A stretch of 63,500 bases of DNA, counting the filler, from Basidiobolus ranarum (Eukaryota): NCBI GenBank assembly GCA_040143965.1. It is 4 parts of 4 records of this genome, joined end to end, with 100 filler letters (N's around TTAATTAATTAA, not from the genome) between each part and the next. Parts side by side here need not be neighbours in the genome. Positions count along the whole stretch, not along the records: positions 47,722 to 63,500 come from JASJQH010000368.1; 3 more parts are not named here. One strand, 5' to 3'. The notes below the pieces were generated by a model, which saw nothing but the letters and a program-made list of their open reading frames with translations, made no database searches and had not been told where the DNA came from. The position numbers were made by a program, and so were the translations under genes. The number at the start of each line of letters is the position of its first letter. The stretch's first letter is position 1. Of the stretch, positions 51,981 to 63,500 are shown one piece after another.

Positions 51981-52163
51981 TCAATGAGAGCTAACAACAA
52001 GGGGTTGACTATATGAAGTGGAGCTTAGCATAGACTCAACGATAGCATTGCGGCGTTTCAAGACAATCTCTGGGATTTGTCGATCTAGCTCCAAGCGTTT
52101 TACTGAGTTCGACGGAAAGTCTGAAGAGATGGGGGAGGCTTGACCTTGGAAAGCCATAATCAT
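51981..52163 (-). CDS. 60-aa micro-protein with LKRRNAIVE motif
   Basis: ATG 52163 lies 50 nt downstream of TATATAA (52219-52213); MIMAFQGQASPISSDFPSNSVKRLELDRQIPEIVLKRRNAIVESMLSS...H*. Confidence 0.45.
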   Translation of the reverse strand: MIMAFQGQASPISSDFPSNSVKRLELDRQIPEIVLKRRNAIVESMLSSTSYSQPLVVSSH

Positions 52164-54377
52164 GAATATTGCAAGAGTTGAATTGTTGCTCTGGTTACAG
52201 TCGTGAGGCTGCTTATATACCCACAGAGAACATTGCCAGTTGAAAAAGAATTTTCTAATGAAACCAATAATCATGACCTACTCAACTTTCAAACTAAAAC
52301 ATAACTTATCGGATGGATTACACAGATCATTGGCTAGTCTGAAACAGCTACGTTTGTCAAGCATTGATCTTCAGCTCAACGGACAATTAACAGAATCAAA
52401 TTATCTCAGCTCATTATATAATCACTACTCTGTCTGGCTGCAGAATTCTTAGTGAGTGAGGTCAGCTCTATATTGAGTTCTTCTCAAACTTAATTTGATT
52501 ATGGTCGTGCCAATCATATCTTAATTGGAGGATGACAATAGCCACGTTTTATTCTGAGACATCTAGAACTTCACCGATCTGTTGGTTTGTATCGAATCTC
52601 GATCATTGTTCAGTTACAACGTTGGCAGCCAAGAAACCACGTCCAATATCGACGGCCACTCCAATTACCAAACGACAGTGGCCACTTCAATATCGAAATG
52701 CCTAACTCTCGCCGTGTTGTTTGATCAGGTGCAATAGTTCGGTTCGATTGGTTAGTGACTACTTTGTGTTTCTGATTAGTGGTTTCATCTGTCTATGCAC
52801 ATGCAGAGAGTGTGATTCGACATTCTTTCTGTTTGGATACATTCTTTTCAAAATGGATCGATCATTGTAGAGACCAATAGGTTATAATTCAGTTTTACAA
52901 GAAGGAACGAGTAGATCTACAATGAGGGTATCACAACAAGTAACAAGGTGCTTAAAGAAGATAGAGTCAAGGTATGTATATATATATCTGTTGCCCATCG
53001 ATATTGATGATTTACGATGCTTCCAACTAAAGCATCCGCCAATTAATGTTAATTCACCTCTAGCTCTTGGCTGTCCTATTTTCATGGTCTTGATTCTTGT
53101 AAATGATATTAGGTTTATCCTCAATCTTTCGTGCCGCTCTTGTCGCCAATCAGCTGGCTCTACTGCTTAATGGTGAAAGCTCTGCACTTATTATTATACA
53201 TCAGTAATAAACGAGGAAAGATTCTTTCCCGATACGTTATTATCCAGTAACGATCCCTAGAATACGGCTTATTTACGACAAATGGGTGGTGGATCTCTGA
53301 TCATATTGATACGGTTTACTCTCCACTATTGGTTATTACTATCAAACAAATGGCTTGGTGCAAAAAACCTGACATGGTTCATAATATAGATTTGTTAGTT
53401 CATTCAGATATATTTGGATGGCGATATCTCACAATGTCACCTAAATATATATGGCCTTCATTACAAGAGTTTGGTCAGTTGCGAAAAGTCATCGTGAGTC
53501 AACTCAGTCACATGGACCAAATTGAGACGCACTATTCAAAGTAAAGTCTAGAAATGATTTGCCAAGTAGTCTTTGAAGACAGTAAAATCTAAGAATCATT
53601 TCTCAGTAGTCGTATGAATACCATCAAATGGCTAACAGAAACGATGCAACAAAATAATCCGAGTTTCAGAAAAAATTGCCAGTTTGACCATCATTATGAA
53701 TGGGATCCGGATTCTCTGAATATATACGTTGTTATAGATCACATCTAGGCTTCTTCAAACTCCGGCCCAATGTGATGGGGCATAAGGAGCATTGTGGGTA
53801 TCATTTGGATTATATAAATTTTTAGTCAATCGCTGGAACAAATATCTAGTATCCTTATAGCACTCATATAGAAGATAATTCGAAACTCTATTGTAATCGC
53901 TAGCATCATACCAGCAAAGTGGAAAATGTTTCCTACTTCAAATAAAAGAGCAAAATTGTACTGTAGCAGTAGTTAATTCACTTTCATCAGTTTTAAGTGT
54001 TAGATCTGGTGAAGCAGATGTGAGTGTGAAGACAGAATCTTCGAAGTATCATTTGCTCAGTATACATATACGTATCTAAATAATTCAACTACACTAGTTC
54101 TAGTAATTTAGGAAACCACTCTAAAATGAGCAAAATATAGTTTAATGCAGCAGTAAAGCTTAGCCAAGCATTTGATCCAAACTAAGGCCAGTAGTTTCAG
54201 GTGCAAATAAATGGAGATCATAAATAGACTAGTACTGGAGGCTTGACTGGTATTCAAAGTCAGCATTGATTGTAGTTAGTTTAAGTGTTGAAATTAAGTA
54301 GTTAGCAACTCATTATGTAGTAGTTTATTCATATTCTGATTAATTAACACTCAATTCTGACATTCAAAAACGTGTTT

Positions 54378-54440
54378 ATTGCTCTAATTGATAGATATAT
54401 CAATTATTATTATTGCTCTATCAATATATATATCAATTAG
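54378..54440. repeat. AT-rich nested inverted/direct repeat
   Basis: CTAATTGATA (54384) pairs with TATCAATTA (54398) and TATCAATTAG (54431); ATTGCTCTA occurs twice. Confidence 0.55.
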
Positions 54441-55224
54441 ATTGTTTTTACCAAGTTCCGCTTTTTCTCAGAACTTCTCCAAAACATCTCAAATTTTCAC
54501 TCATGCTTAAAAAACATGCTTGCTATGATCTGAATTTGTCCAATAGTTCTATTTGATAGCAAACTATGAGTAGGACATATATATATTCAATATAATCAAT
54601 GTCAAGTGCCTAATTCACAATTCCAATTCTTGTCCAAAACACTTCAAATCCCCCAAACACTTTTAACAATATGGACACCCTATGAGATATGTAAGGCTTA
54701 ATATCAGTGGAAAACCAGTAGAAATTACAAGTTGGGGGCTTGAATACCATAATAATTCCAGTTGAAAACCAGCATAAAGTAGGCATCTTATCAGCTAAAG
54801 TTGGAAAATGAGGAGTTACAAGTTTTTACAACTTTCCATACAGGTATTGAGAATGGAGGATACCATCAGGGTATAATGCATTAGGGATAGTGCAGAAGAA
54901 AGGCAGATCATAAGCATACTTATTAGTTATTTGTACCTGGCTATTTCTTATGTATGTCTCACAACAATATTGCAAGCATCAGATGCACTAATACTGTACA
55001 AATAGAAAAGCAAGTGTTTGATGAAATACAATAATCTACTTTATGAATAAAGAACAAGAAGGAAACTATATAGAGGTTTGTGAACTTCCGTTTGCTGGTA
55101 CTCGATGTATAGTGAGATATTGGAAGAAAGTACAATTTATTCCTTTTCACAGCTGGTTTATACTTAAAAATTGCGATAGTATGATACATGGACTGAGTAT
55201 ATAAACTGCGAATATCTGTATATA

Positions 55225-58092
55225 TTAGGATGACACACTGCTACGTCTTTTCGCTTCCAATATTTGCTTTCCCTCATCCTTCAAGATCCTTCCTCTCTGC
55301 TTTAACTTGCTGTTTCTAGTTATAGTGCCCAGTCCGGACTGAATCTTGCCTGACACGATATCCCCTATAGCGATAAAAGAGCTAATATCTTCAGGATTTT
55401 GAATTTCGTGATCTCCATGAGAATTATAATTAGTGTTAGGCCCTGAGGATTCACTTAGAGTACCATCAGACTCATCAGATAGCCCCGTATGGTGTGGTAA
55501 ATTGTCGTCATTGGGGTTGGCTGCCATGTTTATCAGGTTTTCAGTATCCATTTGATTTGTCGTTGGGACGTATGAATTGTTTTCTTGTGACTTAAGTTTC
55601 TTTTTTTCGGTTTGTCCCACAGTGAAGGTCTTTGCAAACTCGGATACAGTGCCTCCTGGTTCATTCTTAGTATTAGCCTTCTGCTCAGGTTTAGTGTTAT
55701 CCACAATACTATGACGGACATCGGCCATCATTTCCTCCAAAGTATCCTCGTACGGGTTATAGCGTTGATCATGGTCAGGAAATGCACCAGGAAGATACTG
55801 AGATTCATCCGGAATACCCAAATCTGTATTGCAAACAATAACTGGTGGTTCCTCTACATATTTTGATGAACCGTGTGCATCCATAATGATTTCAGGTTGG
55901 TGAATCACAACTACCTGATCTGGTTGTGGCGAATTCTCTACTGTAGATTCGTATGTTTGAAGGGTGCCTTGCTCTGGATAAGCCCCCGGAACAAATTGAT
56001 GCTGTTCTGGAATATGATTGAACTCACGTTGAGTGAGGGGTAGAGATACCTCCTCATTACATTGGATCAACGGATCTCGTTCTGAGTCAACTTGATCTAA
56101 AGGATTACTGTATAAATCTTGTTTAGGAGTCAACAACAGTTGTGGAGTTTTAAGCTCCTCCGAAACAGAAATATCCCTGTCAGATATCGGGTCAGTCTCT
56201 TTCTCAATTTCTGGTGTATTCAAGTTGGGTTCGATGAAATTGTTTGGAGGGATTGCAAATGTAATAATCGGATTCATAGTTAACTCTGGATCATTTGAGT
56301 TGAGTAAAGGATTTACCACGGGTGGAATCAGATTGTGTATCTCTTCCTCTGACTTCAGTTTCTTGATCTGCAGGTCCTCTGAAATATTGAAATCATCAAC
56401 CGACTTCATGGTCGACAAAGTCGAGGCTTTCGATACTTCTCTCGTAGAAGTGTTTTGCTCATTACGTGAATTATCTTGAATGTTTTTCTCGAAGGCGAGA
56501 GATTGAATAATTTGCTCAGTAGGCATTGTTTGAATAGGCAGTATTATGTCTTGCGTCTTTAGATGTGCTGCGAAAGGTTCTTTCTCGTCAACTAATCGCA
56601 AAGTTGAGTCTAGAGAAGTACCTGGAGTGTGCTTTTCAGTAATACCCAAGTCAGTGCTTATATTATGTTGTGTCTGCGGCAATAGAGTATTTTCGATCGA
56701 ATTTGTAGTTAGTTCGATATTTTCGGGATTCGGCTCTTTGATTGGAGGGAGATCTTTATCCGACACACTGGTGGTATTATCTACTGGAATTGGATGAGCT
56801 TTTTCTTCAGGAAATAAAGGTGCATTTTGGGGATGGTTGTGCGAAGGAGTGCTGCGTTTGTTTGGTGAGATTTCAGATCTAAATTGTGAAGAGAAGTTTG
56901 TCGCGCGTTGTTTGTTGGGCTTCAAATCCTTTTCCGTTAAACCAGCAGTTGACTCTGGGACTAATTCTCTCGATATAGAGGTTTCACCTTCTGCCTCGGT
57001 GCTAGAAGTTGGCAATTTCTTGAAGACATCAACGTGAGATATAGGTAAGATACTCTCAGAGGGCTGTGTAATATGCCAGTTCTGATCATGGTCATTAGGA
57101 CTGATTATATGAACAGGAGTAGTATTTTCCAGCGCTTGTTGACTACCTGGAAGTAAAACGTCTTCAATAGATTCAGTAGCGAGTTCCACATTTGCTGGAT
57201 TTGGTTCAGTAACTGGTGTTACATTGTTACTCAGTAAATCTGCATTTAGAGCATCTGGCTTATTTACCATGCAATTAAATGACCGCTCATTTGAATGCAA
57301 AAAATCGGAGGGCAAGCCAATAGTATCTTCGCGATTAATATTATTCTTGAACGGATTAATGTTGCTAGGTATTTCTAAAGAATTTACAATCGAGTCCGTA
57401 TTTGGTGAACTATGTGAAATTGATGGCTGACTGGCCAGAAGTTCATTGTTTTCCTGGCGATTAACTGGAGACTGATGAAGAAGATTATATTTTAGTAAAG
57501 GGTTTATATCTGATTCGTAATCCGTCGGGTATACTGCAGAATCCTGCTTTCGTGTGTCAAATCCGGGGGCTCCATGTCCATGAATATTTTGATGATCATT
57601 CTGAAATTCGGGCAGAATTGTTTCTCCAAAAGGCCTAGTGATGAGTTCTTCTTCCTTGGGATTAAATGCCAAAGTGGCTTTTTGACTTTCGGTTGTTTTG
57701 GGTGCCCTATCAGATCTGAGAAGTTCGCCCGCTTGCTCATCAAACATTTGGCTTATAGAACTATCTCTCGGGTGATCATCATAGCTTGTGACATCCGATG
57801 GTCCAATTGATAGAAGGTTACGTTTCTCTGGAGAGCCTGAACCAAATTCGTGGTTCGACTGAATGGGTAAATTCTGGAATGTAGCACTATGTTCGGGAAT
57901 TTGGTTATTTGAGAGCTCTTGGACATTATACTGGGTATCTTGTGGGTGATTTTTTTCAGTGGAACTGATATGGGAATTGGTTTTCGAGTTGTTGTGCTGA
58001 TCTTCAAATATAGGTGCAATGCCTGATTGGCTTTGGTACATATTTTGGCTATTTACTGAATCGATAGTTGGCTCAAGCTCTATTGGACTCAT
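55225..58092 (-). CDS. 955-aa acidic intrinsically disordered protein with C-terminal CsbD-like motif, intronless
   Basis: Long ORF rich in S/P/E/N/Q; ends AIGDIVSGKIQSGLGTITRNSKLKQRGRILKDEGK. Confidence 0.8.
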   Translation of the reverse strand: MSPIELEPTIDSVNSQNMYQSQSGIAPIFEDQHNNSKTNSHISSTEKNHPQDTQYNVQELSNNQIPEHSATFQNLPIQSNHEFGSGSPEKRNLLSIGPSDVTSYDDHPRDSSISQMFDEQAGELLRSDRAPKTTESQKATLAFNPKEEELITRPFGETILPEFQNDHQNIHGHGAPGFDTRKQDSAVYPTDYESDINPLLKYNLLHQSPVNRQENNELLASQPSISHSSPNTDSIVNSLEIPSNINPFKNNINREDTIGLPSDFLHSNERSFNCMVNKPDALNADLLSNNVTPVTEPNPANVELATESIEDVLLPGSQQALENTTPVHIISPNDHDQNWHITQPSESILPISHVDVFKKLPTSSTEAEGETSISRELVPESTAGLTEKDLKPNKQRATNFSSQFRSEISPNKRSTPSHNHPQNAPLFPEEKAHPIPVDNTTSVSDKDLPPIKEPNPENIELTTNSIENTLLPQTQHNISTDLGITEKHTPGTSLDSTLRLVDEKEPFAAHLKTQDIILPIQTMPTEQIIQSLAFEKNIQDNSRNEQNTSTREVSKASTLSTMKSVDDFNISEDLQIKKLKSEEEIHNLIPPVVNPLLNSNDPELTMNPIITFAIPPNNFIEPNLNTPEIEKETDPISDRDISVSEELKTPQLLLTPKQDLYSNPLDQVDSERDPLIQCNEEVSLPLTQREFNHIPEQHQFVPGAYPEQGTLQTYESTVENSPQPDQVVVIHQPEIIMDAHGSSKYVEEPPVIVCNTDLGIPDESQYLPGAFPDHDQRYNPYEDTLEEMMADVRHSIVDNTKPEQKANTKNEPGGTVSEFAKTFTVGQTEKKKLKSQENNSYVPTTNQMDTENLINMAANPNDDNLPHHTGLSDESDGTLSESSGPNTNYNSHGDHEIQNPEDISSFIAIGDIVSGKIQSGLGTITRNSKLKQRGRILKDEGKQILEAKRRSSVSS

Positions 58093-59659
58093 TGGAGGGA
58101 TAAGATTTTTGTACTGCTCGAATGTAAATGTGATATAGATATCAACTTAAAGGTTGTAAGAACGATAGGTAGTGAATAATCAAAGAGGAAAGTAAAACGA
58201 CAATATAGCTTAATAGAATGATGAGTAGATAGTATATTTCACATTTACTAAGTGGAAAAATACTGGCTTATATTCTTTTAACTCGCTCCTTTTCCAGGAT
58301 CGAAATTGAACGTCACACTATGATAGCATCAGTATGAGGAAGAAATATATCGGATTTGGTGCAGAAAACTGGCTTAAGGTTTTTGCATTGTCACCATCTC
58401 TACTCATCATCATTATCCCATTTTTGAGCCTATATTTTATAATGATCTACCACATGATGGATACATGACGTTCGTCGTCATGACATCTTTGATTGAATCC
58501 CAGCTTGAAATCAATAATTGTGTCAATTTATGTGCTGATTATAAGACATGCGCCTCAATTTTTCTGTATAATAGTTGGTAAAGGTCGATGTTTATTATAT
58601 AAAGTCTCAGGTTACGTGACGCTTACCTCGCGCAATGTCAGAGTTGTCAGCACATCTCTGTACCTTATGGACAAACCAAAGGATTGAGTTAAGAAAGCGA
58701 CTAAAGTCATAGCGTATGATACCCAGATAGTGCTATTCATAACTTCCACCGTATTTGGAAGCTAAAAAGTATAAAACGTCATCTCCAAAGATCCGGCCAT
58801 TTCAGTCATTCACAGTTATCTTGATGGTTCTTGCCTTAATTAGCGAAGTACAGTCGTAAATTCAGGTTGCTTACTCTTTGAAGATTGATGATCTCATTTA
58901 GTTTCTATATTCATATAACACAACCCATATTTGAACAGATAACATGACGAAGAGAACACGTATTCGAGAATTACTTACCAAATTACATGCGCCCTTTGCC
59001 AGGATTGCAAGGCACACTTACGAGGTTGGGTCATATATTTAAGCCTAAATTAAGATTGTGTGGGAAGCCAATTAGAGACAAATTAATCATTCCTTGTATA
59101 CAGTGATGTCACCAGTGCAGTAAGGATAGGATCCAATCCTCAAGGTATCTGGTTTGTCAGCTAGTGCATCTGGAAATTAACCCTAAAGAATAGGTTTGAA
59201 TGACTTGATTCCTCAATTGAAATATATACTGTGATGCGAACCCTACTGACAAAGTATCATGAGCTGCTTGCAGCTGCTTCTTCTATCATCTAAAATATAC
59301 GCGAAAGACGGGGTATTTTATCAATTTTAGTCATCACTCATGGATCCTCTTATTGAGCTTTCATGGTTTATTAAGTATTTACATGTGCGATGTCATGGTG
59401 AATTTTTGTTCGCATAGGATGGGGAAATAAGTAATCAAATGTATGAATGATAATATTGAATACAGAGTATCGATAATAGAATCTAGTAGTGCAAGTGCGT
59501 TGATGATTGAAATGTAATGAAAATATATAGATAAACAAAATAAAAATAAACTAACGTGAGTGCATTATTAAAATACTTTTTTTTTGATATTTCCAGCTCG
59601 TAAATTTCTAAAAGTAAACGATGGAATATTTCGCAACAATGAAGTCAATGCTTTGCTCC

Positions 59660-60784
59660 TCAGGCAAGTTTGGAAAGAGTATACTTCCACTTTCCATCCT
59701 CTTTGCTCTGCTTACCTTCTTCCTGCCATCTCTTTTTGCGGAGCAACTTGCCAATACCATACTTCATACTCCCACCAACTATCTCACCAATAGCTGACAT
59801 ACGACGAGTACGCCCATTTCCAGAGCGAGATGCTTCCTGAGAGTCATACAAGCTTCTACTTTTACTGCGGCCGTAAAGGATATACTTTGATCCTGATATC
59901 TCGACCATACGTGGTGAATCAGAAGCTGGCTGTGACCGACGTCTATCCGAACGAGTTTGAGGACTTAGAAGGGAAGAGCCAGGAGAGGAAGGATACATTG
60001 GGTCTTTCGACTTTTGACTGCTGGCTTCATCATCAGTATCAGTCAGGTAAGAGTTATTGACAAAGGCTGAAGGGGCAAGGTTGATTCCAGGTATAGAAGT
60101 TTTGTCAATTATGATATGGGGAACGAGTTGTTTCTCGTGATAAGGAGTTAACGGACTTTCTTGACTACTTGCGCTGATATCCGATACGTCCGATTGGTAT
60201 CCAGATGGGATACTAGTGTGAGTACTCTGCAGACTTCTGAAACTGGATGAAGCGCTGGATGTAACTCGAAGAGGGTTTGTAACAGTTTTGGGGATGGAGC
60301 TACATGGAGTGACTTGAACAGGAGCTGACGCAGAGCTGGTGCTGACTTCGGTAGGACCATCAATATTTGTTCCATCAGAGCTAGGTTGAAGTATAGTATT
60401 AGTTTCTTCGGGTATGATACTAGTTTCGGTACTCTTATGCTGCTCTGTTCGTTTTTTTTCGTCAAACTCTAAAGCAGCTACGATTTTAAGAGCAGCCTCT
60501 TGGATAGGGTCCGAATTTGAGTTGTTTGAGGACTCAACAGCTCCATCCAAAAGTTTTTGCTCCAACGACTTAGGGACTTGTGAAGGTACAGTTTCTTGCG
60601 TGTGTGTCTGGGTAGCACCATCAAACAAGTCTTCCATACTCTCAATTGAAGGGCGATATCTGTGCTTATAATTAGATGCGATTTCAGTATTTACAGGAAG
60701 TATGTTGTGTAAGCGACAATCATGATGAGATATGGTTTTGAAAGAAGGCTCAGAGATAGAAGCATTTAATGTTTGTACTTCCAT
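59660..60784 (-). CDS. 374-aa Ser-rich disordered protein with C-terminal CsbD-like motif, intronless
   Basis: Ends AIGEIVGGSMKYGIGKLLRKKRWQEEGKQSKEDGK, aligning without gaps to the tail of the neighbouring gene. Confidence 0.8.
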   Translation of the reverse strand: MEVQTLNASISEPSFKTISHHDCRLHNILPVNTEIASNYKHRYRPSIESMEDLFDGATQTHTQETVPSQVPKSLEQKLLDGAVESSNNSNSDPIQEAALKIVAALEFDEKKRTEQHKSTETSIIPEETNTILQPSSDGTNIDGPTEVSTSSASAPVQVTPCSSIPKTVTNPLRVTSSASSSFRSLQSTHTSIPSGYQSDVSDISASSQESPLTPYHEKQLVPHIIIDKTSIPGINLAPSAFVNNSYLTDTDDEASSQKSKDPMYPSSPGSSLLSPQTRSDRRRSQPASDSPRMVEISGSKYILYGRSKSRSLYDSQEASRSGNGRTRRMSAIGEIVGGSMKYGIGKLLRKKRWQEEGKQSKEDGKWKYTLSKLA

Positions 60785-63500
60785 TACTTGTATCGTTTGA
60801 GCAAGGTTAGTACGAAATTCAAAGGATTTTGCTTAGAATACTAGAAGGGTGAAGTGACGCTGAAGATATAGGGGCTATATGATTTATGAGAGAGGATTCA
60901 GAGCGATTGACAGATAGTTTTAATTGGGATGGACCGAGTATTTATTGATTATAGGAATCACACATCTTGAAGCAGTCACCATTGTTTTTGGATTAGCTTT
61001 GAGACCTTGGTCTGACGCCATTTGACAGGATTGGATTTTCGTTAAATGAGGTTCTGATCGTTTCATTCATCCTAATCGCTACTCGGTCATTCCTAACATT
61101 CTCACCCCCATTCACCCCAATTATTGAATATCACATATCTGAATCCCATCTTTAGTTTGTCATGGATCAGGTGAGCTACCATGAGATCACCTCAGTCAGA
61201 TGTGTCCAAAGCCATCATAGCTTGATCTAATTGATATTCCCCAAAATGGTATCCGCTATCTTCTGTTTGGATCACAAGATTTTCTACTCGGAGATAGATA
61301 ATGAGTTAATGTACTTCCTTTTTCTGCCAACGAGCAGTTGAAGCCTGAGCAGAGTAGATACGTGGTCTGGGGATTTCAAGTAGGTCCCCTACGATGTTGA
61401 ATGCTCAACATACGCATGAAGAATATTAAAGAAACCCAAAATATTGACTAAGGCCTTATCTTTGTTCACAAGATAGAAAATGGACATGTAGATCAGAACA
61501 TAGTAAATTTGAATCAGTGACTGGAAGGATCTAGCACCACCCCGCTATGCGAACATATGATTGAGGATTACAGAATGCGACTATCAGAAGTTGAGATCAT
61601 GTTACTTGGATTAGGGTAATTTTTCTCCGTACTAATACTTTAGTGGCTAATTGATGATGAATTTCACCCGTCAGGGCTATATTGATATTGAACAATAGCA
61701 AGTAAGCATGGCAAACTCAACGGCAACAAAATGTGTGACCAACGTAGACTGGTCGCTTCTTTTGGTAATTTTTCTGTCACTCACTAATATCTAGAAAAGA
61801 ATTACTGTGCATCTTCTCCAAGAAATCCTGAATATTGATCGTAGTAAATCATCAACTTCAAGCTAAACCTTCTTCAAACCTTTATCAATATATACATCTC
61901 GAACCAGAATTGCGTCACCAACAACCAGTATTACAAACAATTATCGCCTATAGCTTCCTTAAGTTTGAGACTTTCGGCTTACCAATTGTATCTATCGGGT
62001 TGTGTAAATGAAGCTAGAGTCGAATGAGGCAATTCCATTTTGTTTGACTACACCTAGTAGTAATGTAATCCGTGGCCAATCTGACTATACTGCTCTAGCT
62101 CGGTTAGTCCAGGTATTCGAACAACACTTATGCCAATGATGGGCCTCCCATAATGGCATAATCCCTACATTACATGATGGTTTTTCAAGTGTTACTCGAC
62201 ACATCACCAAAGGATTAAACTAACCAAACCCTGTAATCAGTGGATTAACCTACGAGGGATCGGCTAAATGATAGATGTGCCTAGTACTTCAGTAACCGTG
62301 GATTGGCTTTTTGGGATATGCGAAGCACCTAGAAGCTTCCTAGGAAATTTTCTTAGATCGTGATGTGCAAATTCTACATCATTGGCTATTTGGATTTTGC
62401 CTATTGAAACCCAATCAAGCTTCACAGTGAGGTAATACTTGCACTCTTCTATAGAAATCCTATGCATTGATAGAGGTTCTTATAACTTAAAGTGCGACAA
62501 ATATATACAAGCTGTCTATCTCTGGGCACGGCGGTGGAGCAACAAGTTACTTTAGTCATTAGTTTCTTTGGTGAAACCGAACCATGTTGTCAAGTCCAAA
62601 TTTCTTATCAAGTGGCATACATAGGCGGGTGATGATTCATTTAGTAGTAAAGAACATACAACTTGCAATCTGAGTACTTATTTTTCATCCAAGGCCCAGT
62701 CAACCTTCGATTCATAAGAATCTAGAATAGAATGTTGGAGAGCTTATGTGGATCATTTGATTGCTAGTCACTTCTCCATAAAACTGATTTATCCTCAATT
62801 TGATTTAATACATGGATGGCGAGAGCAATATAGTCCATCACCGATGCCTAAACTTGTTTGGAAAGAGGTTTCTCTAAATTTCCAGTGAAATGTCGAAAGA
62901 TCATGAGATACCTTACGCATGTTAGCGGGCCAATGTTACTTCAGTCTGCTTAAAGTCACTCCAAGTAAACTATGATCGACATGACAGAGAAGGCTTCAGA
63001 GTACGTCGGATCAGGATTTGATTGGAATAGTTCATATAGCATTTCTAAATCATGGCAATGTTGATAAATTCACGATGATTCTTGATTCACTTTGATTGGT
63101 AATGTTTAGATACTCCAAGCAGGTTGAGTAAAACCTTGATCATATTAAACCTCCAATTTACCTTAGTAGTAAGCATTCGTATAGAGGGGCATTACAAATC
63201 GAAAGTATCACTTGATCCCCTAAAAGTTTAAGATTCTCAAGTCAGATGGTCCAAGGTCGACATAGCTACGCATATGTACATATTTGTGAGATAATACAGT
63301 CTTTGGTAGCAGAAATATAACGAGTCAGGTAGGACAGGAGTATGGCAACTTCAAAGCTTACTATATTACACAAAAGTCAAAAGAAACCTAGTCAGATAAT
63401 TCTCATTGTAAATTGCAAGCTAGTAAAGTTTACGTTCGGTAGTGCTGAAAGTTTGAGACTGAGAATGTGAGTGATCACCATCAGATTGTTTGGTTAATTT

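Noticed and set aside
60800-63500. Short ORFs in the final 2.7 kb
   Set aside because: No recognisable motifs, splice-consistent model or repeats; left unannotated.

Overview
Eukaryotic, intron-rich, AT-rich fungal DNA with short GT-AG introns. Gene content and style suggest an early-diverging fungus such as Basidiobolus/Zoopagomycota (inference). The window is four unrelated contigs of about 15.8 kb joined by 100-nt N/TTAATTAATTAA linkers, so adjacency across linkers is meaningless. Contig 1: tail of a Q/P-rich gene, RPL7, a decayed spliced pseudogene, a secreted M64 peptidase, a double-Myb Tay1/Teb1-like protein, a UFD1-zinc finger-AZUL protein, YAR1-like, RPL6. Contig 2: ACBP, an ALA2-like P4 flippase, p24-alpha, YANK kinase, group III G-alpha, an F-box/LRR protein, a membrane protein. 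Contig 3: a membrane/coiled-coil protein, NAD kinase, cullin-4, a small unknown. Contig 4: MATA_HMG box, SAE1/AOS1, a TATA-led micro-ORF and two tandem disordered proteins. Top leads: (1) a NAD kinase whose three unannotated 5' exons encode a complete type I/II PB1 domain; (2) a telobox double-Myb protein with repeated [YF]SP[IV][KR] motifs and a C-terminal chromo-like module; (3) a 60-aa peptide carrying the PKI pseudosubstrate RRNAI; (4) two tandem disordered proteins sharing a C-terminal CsbD-like motif.
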